From a virus (Duplodnaviria; Caudoviricetes): a stretch of 64,000 nt of DNA. Of the stretch, positions 19,889 through 31,800 are shown in pieces. Each line of letters starts with the position of its first letter. The first letter of the stretch is position 1. A program made the translations under genes and the position numbers. The notes below the pieces were generated by a model, which saw only the letters and a list, made by a program, of their open reading frames with translations, had not been told where the DNA came from and ran no database searches. Location of the stretch: IMG/VR virus record IMGVR_UViG_3300033069_000690, positions 26,493-90,492 of that record; one strand, written 5' to 3'.

Positions 19889-22800
19889 TAACAGCCTGTA
19901 TTATTTTTAATTATATCTTGTATTTGTGCATTCTCTTCATCAGAGAAATTTACTTTACTCTTTTCTTGTTTCTTCAAAGTATAAGTTACATCTTTTAAGT
20001 TAGTATATGTTTCACCGTATCTAGTTATCTCTTCCTTACCTCCTTGCTTAACCTCAGTAACTTCATAGTACTCTAAGTTATTATTGTAGAAGTCAGTGTA
20101 ATCGTGTACAAATACTGTGTCACCTACCTTAAGTAATTGATGTGGACTTACCTTATCAAGTTTATACGTTAGTTCAGGATTACCCGCTTCAGTTGGGGGT
20201 ACTCCTAAAATCTCATGTGGTAAATTGAAGTGATCATTAATATAGTAACCTGTAGTTAGATAAGATAAGTTAGCATCATAACCTCTACTTTTTTTATTAA
20301 CTCTAGTTATTGTTCTATAATAAGCTACTTTACCCTCATCTTTGATTTTTACGGCTAAAGATTCTTTACCATTTACTTTATTAGTAGTACGTAAGAACAC
20401 AGGAGGTTTAGCATACTTAATAGTTTTCTCTTCTTTAGATTTTTTATCCTCATACTTAACATCATTATAATCTAAAATGAAATCAGCTTCATGTGGATTA
20501 GTAATACCATACGTCGTCATATTCTTTACAGATAACCATTTAATTGCTGGTAAGTATCTTTCTTGTTGTCCTTGATGTTTAGCAATTTGAGAAGGGTTAT
20601 TTAAAGCAAATGAGATAGCAAAGTGATCTTTTATTTTATCAAACAAGGGACCATCTTTAATGAACGATTTCAATAAAGCATTATAAGTCTTAGCTTGTTC
20701 GGCTATATCTAAAGGATCTAGTAATTGTGAGAAGCTCTTAAGACCATACTCATGACCATTTTCTAATGCGGAATACTTTACCAGTTGTTCAATAAAGAAA
20801 GGAGGTAATAAGCTTAGATCATGTTTTAATTGAGCAGATACTGTACTATCATTTAGATTTGTACCAGCATTCCACTTAATTCTATATAGGCCTTTAGACT
20901 TAACAGCTGTTAACTTCTCTAAGAAAGCATTATGAGCATATTCACTATTAGAAGCTAAATCATTGATTACCTTTCCAAAGTGTTGAATCCAAGCATCCGC
21001 ACCAGTCACATAGAAACTCTTATCACCATTCTTTATTTCTAAAGGCTGCTTCCATATTGCATCAATCTCACTAGAATTAGATGCACTTGTAATAAGATAA
21101 CGAGTGAACTCTCTTCTTATTGTACTATCTATATTTTCTGTCTCGATACCATCTTCTGTATAAGCAGTTTTCTTCATATAAGACGTAATAAGATTTGCTA
21201 GTTTAGAGATCAATTTAGGATTATAAATATCCACAGCATTATTAACCAAATCAAATGAGGTAATAAAAGCATCCTCAGCACTTGAGAATTGAGGCAATGA
21301 CATGAAGCTACCATTAGCAAATCCAGTGTACTCTTTAGATTTATTAATCTTATCAATCATCTGTTGACCCTCTTCAAAAGTAACTTCAAAATCCTTAGTT
21401 AAATTAGCTACACTAGCTGCATTGCTCATAGCATCTACAACTGGTTGTAACTTATTGAACTCTCTAAATACCTTAACCTGAGTTAGCTTAGCTTTATGTG
21501 ATAGCTTAGAATACTCATTACCTACCTTAGTAGATTCTTCTAAAGCTAAGATTAGATCTTCAGTAGTTAAAGGAGATCTCAATTCCTTTTTAGTAAACTT
21601 TTTAGCTTCTTCAGTAACCCATTTAGTTCTTTGCTTTCCTCTTAAGGACACTAAGTCACGTACAAGTACTGGTTGTCTCATGAACAATGTGATGTCATTT
21701 AAAGGAACTCCTAATCCAACCATCAAAGCAATAGTAGGTCCTGTCTGGTTAGTAGCATTAATAATCTCTAATGCTTGTTCTTTCACGTTATCAATCGCAC
21801 CATTGATGAGAGTATCTAATACTTCCCATACCTTTCTACCAGTAAAGCCTTTACTCTTCTCAGTCTTAGAGATAGAGTTGTAACCTTCATTTAGCTTAAG
21901 AGTAACTGCTTTACCTTCCTTATCAACCATGTGAGATCCTTGACTAACATAGTTAACATAAGCTAAAGCCTTAACGAAGTTAGCAAATGCTCCTGTTAAT
22001 GCTACCCCAGCAAAGTTATCATTGTAAGTCTTTAACTGATCTAATAGATTGTTAGGATTACGTGTCTCATTCATATCAGCTCTTCCGTAGATAAGCTTCA
22101 ACTTAGTAATAACACCAATTGAGTTATCCTTGAAGATATTATTTTTTATTTCCTTATTAGTAATCTTGAATGTATTAGCTTCAGGATCAATAGCAATTAC
22201 CTTACTGATGTTCTCAGCAGTAATTCCCCACTCCTTAAACTTCTGTACAATCTCTATATCAGGACTATCTTGCTTCATTAAGTCTATAAACTCTGGAGTA
22301 ACTGAACCATCTTTACCATACACTTTAATAGATTTAGACGGATGATATAGTTCTAGATCTAAATCAAAGAAATCTTTCTTGATAGGGTCGAAAGAGATAG
22401 GTTGTCCCATATCCTTTTCATTTCTATCATGCAATAACATATAAATCATTGCATAAGCTTTCTTATTCTTTAGTGTACCCTCATAAGCTTCATAAGCTAA
22501 TTTATAATTAGCTGTATATTCTTTTTTAATATCACGATCTATATCTTTACTATTCATAAGATCTTCATATTTTTTCATGAGTTCTTTATAAGTAGTTAGT
22601 TGCTTATCAAACTCATTAAACTTTAATTCAGTATCAGTACTACCCTGAATCATATTCATTTGTTCAAAATTATCAATTTCAAATCCATGGGGCCATCCTA
22701 ATCTTTGTCCAGGCTCAACTACAATAGTACCATCAGGATTCTTTAAAGTTAATAATCTTTTAATACCACCTTCTTTCTTAAATAAAATCTCTGTACGTAC

Positions 22801-25800
22801 AGCAAACAAACTATCCACGTCAAAGTCAGATCCATGCAAAGCTACAAGCTCTTCAGGAGCAATAATGATGTTACTACTAGAATTAGTAGACGCTACCACT
22901 TTAAAAGGAATAGCAGAGTGAATACCCGTTGTAGGGATACGCACTGCATATTGTAGTTTAGTTAGGAAGTCAGGATATACTATTTCACCATCCTTATAAC
23001 CTTTCATATTTAACCACCAAGCAGGAGCAATAACCTCAGCTACCCTTCCTGTGTAAGAGTTTACATCTGATTTCATTAGAAGCTTAGTAGGAACCATGTA
23101 AACAGATTCATCATTGATATCGTCTACCATTTCCTTCTCAGCATCAGTTAACTGTGAGTAATCTCTAATGAACTTTTTGTTCTCTTCCCATGTAGTAAAG
23201 TTATTGTTCAAAGCATATGCACCAAACTTAGCACGTAAGCCACGTTGAACAGAATGAGGTAATGTGTAGAACTTATCTACCATCTTCTTCTGTGCTTCAG
23301 AGAGTTGTTTATAAGTAAGGACTTGTCCACCTACTCTATGTACACCTACACCCTTAGGTGTCTGTAGTACAAGCTTACTACCTCTACCATGTACAGCTTT
23401 AATGCTTTTCTTAGAAGCAGATGACATAAAGCTAATATGAACCTTACCTACTAATGCGGGGAAGTTCAAAGGAACTACATACTCATTATTTTCTTTAGCC
23501 CCAAGTAATTCAGCAAATCTTTCACTACCAGGTACATCACTAATAGATTCAATAATAAGTCTTCTAACTTCTTTCTCATTATAAGTAAATGTACCATCAG
23601 GATTCTTAACATAATTTAAACGCTTTTTAAACTTATCAAATGATAGATTTGTAAGTAAACCATCTATCTCATAGATAGCTTTAGCTACATCAGCATTCTG
23701 ACCATTCACATTAATAAAGTAAGTCAACTGACTAAAGTTAGTAATCTCCCCCTCAGTAGAACGTGGATTAGATTGGATTGAATAATGTTTAGTAGGTACT
23801 ATTACAACACCATTATGATCTTTATTAGATTCTAAGTGCTGGGAAATAGTCTCACCATTCTTTAATGTTCTTGCAGGTCTTCCTACCTTAAATGCAGAAG
23901 CCATATGCAATTCCATAATATTATTCTTTTCCATTTCTTGAGCTAACTCCTTAAGCTCAGGGAACATTTCCTGTAGAGCTGGTGTTAATTCAATACCCGC
24001 ATTCTTAGAGAATCTAGAGATACCAAACTTATCAATGAAGTAGAGTACAGGCTTAATAACATCTCCTAACTGGTAGAAATGACTATAACCAGCCTCTAAG
24101 TGATTTCTCCATTTAGGAAGATAAAACATTTGAGCATCTGTTAATTTATAGTCAATTCCATATATACCTTCTAGACCTTTTGCAAAGTCATTCCATTTAT
24201 TAAAATAATGAGAATCATCATCTGCAACCATAATAGCAATCTCAGTAGGCATACCAATAACATCATTAGCCACTCCTAATTGTCCCGGAGATACAGGACC
24301 ACTAGCACGTTTAGTTAAGTCAGCATTATGTTTGTATTGTCCTATATCACCTGTGTAAAATTGGTTAATGAAATGACCATTCACATAGTTGAGTTTATAG
24401 AATTCTTGTACCGCTATATAAGTATGTAACATTTGATGATACTTATATTGAGGGTACTCTATATCACGTTTCTTTAACTGGGATTTAAATTGTTCTTCGT
24501 AGTTTTTATAAGCACCATCATTAATGAGCTCATAAGTTTCTAATTTTCTAATTAGAGCTGCCATTAATGTTGGTGAGTTATGTTCAATATCTTCACCATG
24601 TTCTCTTGTAGAGAAAGCTTTATTTGAGTCTAAGTAAAAGAAAGCTTCATTAGCATCATGATTAAATCGGTTCTTAACCATATTTAGCAACTGCTTACGA
24701 CCTTGATCTGTTTTTAACTTCTCAGCTATTTCTTTATCAGGTAACCCATCAAAGAATCTTAAAGTAGCTTGTTCCTTATCACCAGCTATCTTCATACCAT
24801 CAGCATACTTTCTCCCATTGGTTTCCACAGGATGACTAGCTAAGCTATCCATCCATTCTCTTCTCTCTATTTGTTGTGTTAGAGCTGCTATAATATGAGC
24901 ATCTGTAGCACTATGAGAACTAATAGGAATCTCATGTCCATAAATCTTAGGCTTATTAGAAAGAGTATAACAGAATTGAATATACTTACCCTCTTTTAAG
25001 TTTTTAGTATTTAACATAGCTTCAAAACCATAACTAAACATACGAGTAACCCACCCAATTGTTTGCTCGTTCTTATACTTAGTTGATATACTATCATCAC
25101 TATGTGTTACACCGTTAATTCTTAATTGGGTCTTATGAGAATCATGTTCTATTAATCTACCTAGACCTATTTTTAAGTAAGGATTATGCTTAAAGAATTT
25201 ATATCCTAAGTTTTCCTTACGTAAGAAATCAGGCATTTGGAAAGCACCACCACGAGATTCCCTTACCTTAGTTAAGTACTCATGAATACGTGTTAACCAA
25301 CTACCAGTTACAAACATATAATTACGTTGCTTATCTCCTGTAATATAACTAGTGTTACCTCCAAAGTTTCTAGTGGTAGCAATTATATCTACAATAGCTC
25401 CTACATAACCATTAATGTCATTTAATAGCTCATCTTTTTTTCCATTAGTTGATAAGTCGTTATTTTTCACCAATTGGAATATATTTTTTAAAGAAGCTAG
25501 TATAACCTCACCTTGGTTCTCAGTACCAAAGAATTGTGAGAAGTTCTTTACATCTAGTAACTTAAATATTGACTGTACCTTGTTAACAGATCTCATATCC
25601 TTATTACCTATAATAGAAAGTACAGCATCTGCTTTATCTTTTCTAGTTTCATAATTAGACTCAACTACTTTAATAACTGATTCTTTAATACGATCATCAA
25701 CAGATTCCTGAGCACCTATTGCACGATTCTTTATATACCTATGATACATCCTATATATAGGATTAGTATTCTCATCTGTTTCCCCATCCTCATTTTCTAA

Positions 25801-28800
25801 ACGGGTAATACCTACAAAAGGATCTCTAGTAATTAGGCTACCAATACCAGAACGTAATCCAGCAATGAAATCTGCTGCATGTCCTTTTCTATAAGTAACA
25901 AGTAATAAGTTATACAATTGCTCATTACTCATATCAGCTGTAGACTCTTTACCAATCATAACTGGATGAGCTTTGAGTTGTTTAGCTGCTTGATAAATAA
26001 ATTTACCTGTATCTTGCTTTCTACCATCGCGCATAGAAACTTTAGAGTATCTATGGATGATATCACCATTCTCATTAAAGATTAATAACTTATTGTTAGT
26101 CATCTTTATTAAAGGAGATATTCCTCTTATTTCCTTCTTTCCTTCCTTAGATATAAATTCGTACCTTCTTGAAGAAAAAGCTAAAGTATACATCTCCGAT
26201 AAGAAATTAAATACAGCTTGAGCTTGAATATTATTTTTACCACCAATCTGATCTGCATTATAAGCTAGTTGTTTTAAGAAATATTCTGATGAGAAATCTG
26301 TACCAACTAACATTTGTTTAGCTAACATGAATACTACTGATCGTGGTATATGATGTATTACCTCTGTTTTAGTAATAGGTAAACCAGATTTGCTAATCAT
26401 AGGTTCTCCCTTACTATTAAGTACAGGAACTTCTTTAGTTACAAACAATGTACTCAATAAGTTCTTTACATTTTCTAATAAGGAAGATGAAAAGTCAAGT
26501 TGATTAGTATCTAAGATCTCATCACGTAATGATGGGTCTTGTAACATCTCCTCCTCTTCCATGGTTAGTTTATTACCTGAAGAAATAACTAAACTACGAT
26601 AAACTTCCTTGAATACATCTAGCTTACCGTTATAAGTAAGCAACTTAGAAAGCCATGCAGGTACTTCTTTTCCTTCTCTAGTAAGTTGTAGCATCTGGTC
26701 TATGAAGTCTTGTCTAACAGCATCTTCAGCTTCTTCAATTGTTAAAGGTACATTGAATAAATCAGTAGTTGTTGCTTTAACTTCTTTACCATCTTTAGTA
26801 GCTTTTACTTCTCTTACTCTTACATCTACTCCTCTAAAGGAACCATCCTTATTTGTGATAGGAGGCCATATCTTAACTCTAATAGCTTTTAATATAGCTT
26901 CTGTAGCTTTATTAAAGTTATCAACATGATCACCATATTCTTGTCCTCTAGTACCAAACCACTCTTTAATTTGAACTAAGTCAGCAGCACCTTCACCATT
27001 TAATTGAGCATTCTTATCAAAGTTATATACACCCTCGTCAATAGCTTCAAATAATTCATTTAACTGTTTCATTTGCTTATATTTAAAGCTGATAATACTT
27101 CTTAAGTAAATAAAGAATTTATGCAATGCTTTAGCTACAAAATTCATATCTTGATTAAAAGCTTGATACTGTCTAGCTAACCATTCCTCTATTTCCCTAT
27201 CAGGGCTAAATTGGTCCCCCATAATATCTCTAGCTGTCTCCAACATACTAGAATACTCTTGGGCTGTTAAATAAGTTTTAGCTACTCTATGGAATGCCTC
27301 ATGTCGTAGGATACGTGAATAGATAGTACCATCATCATTCGTTTGTAAGTAGATTATACCTCTCTCATAACGTCCCCAACGTGATCCTCCAAAACGACGG
27401 ATCATATCTTCCCTAGTTAAGAATACAATGTTCTCTGGGTTAGAAGCAAACTTTTCACCAAATATCTTAGTAGCTGCTTTGATGATAGTATCTCTACTAA
27501 CAGCAGGACCTAAATCTTCCACACTTACAACTTCTTCTGCTAAATCATATCCATTAATATCTTCATCATCATCTGTATTAGAAGAGTTATTGTCAATATG
27601 TTCATCATCAATATTAATTACAGAATCATTTACAGTATCTTCAGAAGCCCTCTGAGCTGGTTCTTCTTCACTTGTATAACCTGGAACTTCTGATGGAGTA
27701 GCTTGGTCTAGTATAATCTCAGTAGGCTCAATAGATTCTAAATCAGTTTCAAATTCCTCTGCCATGGCTTCCCAGGTATTTCTACGTTCAGCATCATCTT
27801 TATTAGGCATACGGATCTCATCCATATTAGTTGGCATACGTAATCCAAATCCATCATTAACATTACTCTCTCCCTCAGATGTAAATGCTTGATCTCCAAT
27901 CATCATCTCTAAGGTTTCTGTTGTTAGCGGTAATGATGTATGGTGAGTTATATTACCTTTATTATCTTTATGAGCATAAGCTGGTAGTCTACCACGCTTA
28001 CCTGTATTAACCCAATCTTGAATGTCTTTAGCACCTAAAGCAGCTAATAAAGAAATACCAGTAAAGTACTCTCTACCTGAATCAGGTTTTCTTTTATTAA
28101 CACGAATGAACTGACGCTCTCCTGTCTTAGTATTAAAGAAAGAAGAGTTAGCTTGTGCTATCCTATTAAATGTTTTTTCAGCAGGACCGCTAGCTCTTGA
28201 GTTCAAGACCATGTTGTTACTAATGAAATCAATCATAAAATCAGTAGGATTAATATCAGCATTAGTTACTTGTCCTCTAGTTATTAAAGAACCGCTTTTC
28301 TTAAAGTTTTTATAAACACGTCCTTGATCATCCACAAGTTCTTTTACGTGAATGTCATAATTAGCTGGTCCACCTTCTTTAGGCATATCAATCTTGACAT
28401 GGAGATTATTATAATCAAATACCTTTCTCCATACTTGGCTTCCATCAGTTTTCTCTATTAAGAAGTACCCAGGATAATTTGGATGCTCTGTATACTTCTT
28501 ACCATCAATAGTTTTATTTCCTTCTACTACCTTACGGCTTCCTTTAGTTCCAGTAATTAAATACTTACTTAAGTAAGCACCATTACTCTCATCTACATTA
28601 ACAGGAGCTTTAGTTTCATCTAATCCAATCTCATTACCTGTAATAGATTCATATACAGCTTCTCTAATAGCTTTGATTAAGTCTAGTACTTTAGCCGTAT
28701 CTTCCTTAGCATCAGATAGCTTAGCCATGATATCATCATGAACTTTAGAACCCGTATTAAGGAAATGGGTAAACACCTCAGATTGCGTACGTTGGAATGT

Positions 28801-31800
28801 CTGACCATCCTTAGTAGTATAATCAAAGTCCTCAACGAAATCTAACCCACCCATGATGATAGGATTACCACCAATAGTAATCTTCTCTAATATACTTTGT
28901 AGTTCCTTAACATCACCTAAGAACTTCTGTAATGGTGCTAAGAAGTTAGCATCAGTACCTTTATTAATTCTACGACGAGATAATGGTACATGTATAGTTT
29001 CTGTGTTACCAGATACATGTTGAATATGTTGTACGTAGTAAGCAATACCAGGTTTAACAACTTTAGGATTAAAGCCCCTATCTCTTACTTCCTTAGCAGT
29101 GTAAATAGCTAAATCCCAAGACTCTCCTTTAGTATTAGAGTTACCTTTCATTAGGTATTTAACTATAAGGTCATTACGTTTAGATTTTAGGAACTCTGCA
29201 AAGTTTGTTAGAGCTCCCCAATTAAGTCTCTTGTTCTTTATAGTATTTACTCTAGCTCTACCTAAGATAGCGTCAGGATGAATAGCGATTTTTACTTTAG
29301 TAGTAGTAACTCCTTTAAAAACTGTAGTTTCTTCTAATTCTGTAAAAGTTTCTGTATCCCATTCAGGATCATTTAAACGCTCTTTAAGGAAATCAGGAAG
29401 CTGATGTACATCAGCACTGTTAACTTCGTTCTTACCAATAACACCTACCTTAGTAATAGTACCATCAGAATTTATCTTTAGAATAGTAACACCAAAAGCT
29501 ACATTACCATTAGGTAGATCATATCTAGTGCGTACATATAAAACCTCATCTCCCTGCTTAAGCATAGGAGCATCATCTTTAGATTGCTTAGTAGCGTAGG
29601 ACTGTGGATAACGAATGTTATGAACAGATCCTTGTATATCAATAGGTAGAGATTCTTCTACTATACTCTCTTCTTTTATAGATTCATTTATCTCTTCTTT
29701 ATTCTCTTCTCTTACTTCCTCATCAGCATCTTCAGTAATTTCTGTATCTGTCTCATCCTCAGTTGTTGTAGTAGGAGTAGCTTGAGATTGTGCTGAAGCT
29801 TGAGAAGGGTTTGGTGTTAATCCAAACTCAGCTTTCTTCAAAGCTTCTAATTGATCTTCTAATGTTTTAACGAATGCATCTATCTCTTCTTGAGTAGGGG
29901 CATTACGAACTTCATTAGGTAATAAGTTTTTACTGGAATTAGTAAATCTTATGTTATTACTAGCTACAGCTACAAAGCTAGTAGCACGTGATGTAGCTAC
30001 ATACATAGCTTCATTAAATCTAGTAAAATCTACTTTACCATTATTTAATGATCCTGGAGCAGCAGCTAGATCCCCAATTGGTTCTAAAAGTATATAAGCC
30101 TCATCAACTGTGTGACTCTGTGCTTCTAGATAATTGAATACCTTAACATCAGTAATACCAAGTTTAGTTAACTGTGTTCTCATAGCTTCTGCTACCTGAT
30201 CGTTGTTAACAATTAATAACTTAGTACGCCCATTGTTCTTAGACTTCTCCATTAAGGTGATTAGCTGTTCAGCAGTTTGTACACCAGTAGTACCGAAAGA
30301 GTGATTATCTCTATCAGTCATAGAGTACATAGCAACAGCATCAGGTATTTCTCCTTTGCCTTTGAACTCTTTCTGTAAGGAAATAATATCAACATCATCT
30401 GTTCTATAAGTAACAGTTAATGGATCAATCATAAACGTATTTACTAATGATGTAGACTCAGTGAAGGAAATAGTATCTCCTCTAGTAATCTGTGAAGGAT
30501 CTCCTAGCATTAGTAATTTTATAGGCTCAGATCTTAAAGCATTTACTTTAGCTATCTTCTCATTAATTTTTGTTAAAGTATCAGCAGTAACTAATCCTGC
30601 TTCGTCTAATATGATTAAATCTTTTTTAGCTAATTCCGCCTCATCTGTAGCTAGGAACTTCTGTATAGGATTTTCCTCATCTATACCAGTAGTTTCACCA
30701 ATAGAGTTAAGCAAAGTATTATTAGCAGACTTAGTAGGAGCTAATGCAATTACATTGTCTTTAGTAATGTTTAATACTTTAAATAATAACTTGATAGCTA
30801 CTTGTGTCTTACCACTACCTGCAAAACCAACAAGAGAAGCGTTCTGTTGTCCAGAGTAGAACCAATCTACTAGCTGACGTAGAGCTATAATTTGTTGCTT
30901 AGTTGGGATAAGATTAAAACTTTTAAACGCTGCAATCTCATTCTGTAGATGAGTAATAGTATTGAATTTAGATTCCACACGATTACGTAAAGCAGACAGA
31001 GCTACCATATCTTGATGTGTGTTTAATAGGTGATCAAAGAAAGCTATTTGTTGTCCCTCATCTACTCCTTCAAATCTACCTTCCGTCTGTACTATCTTCT
31101 CTAATCCTTTTATAAGGACAGATAAATCTGTTGACTTCCTATAATCAGAGATGATTGATTTACCATCGAATGCAATCTCAGGGTAGATAGCCATTAACAC
31201 CTTACTAAAGAAACGCTTAGGATTACTTAGATAACCTACAATACCATTATTACTAACCCCATCTGTTTGAGTGGAACTAGTAGCTCTTAGAAATTCCACA
31301 ACATCTAACATCATAGAGTTATAAGTTGTTTTTAATTCCTCATTAATTTTATCAGTTAATGCTTTCTTATCAGAAGTATTATTAATCATACTCTCTAAAG
31401 CACCTAAAGCATATCCATGTTCTAAGTAATAAACACCATTAGCATCTTGTACTAGTAGTTTTCTTAATTCTTCTATAATCTTCTCTACTAAATCATCAGA
31501 GAACATTCCTAAATTATTACCAAGCACCTGATTAATATTTTCTGATGGCTCATAACTAATACCCATCTGATTTGCAATCGCTTGGGTACTTGTAGTATAA
31601 CTCTTTTGTTGAGCTAAGTCCTTATCAGCAATACGTTTCTTTACTGCTTCTTGGGCTTCAGTTAACTTCTCTTTTAATTCATTAATAGTTTCACGAACAT
31701 TCTTAAATGACTTATCAGAAGTAGTCTGTAAATGCTTGTGATCATTCAATACATTCTCAAGCCACTTTAATCTCTTCTCTAAGTAAGAAAGATTAGATGT

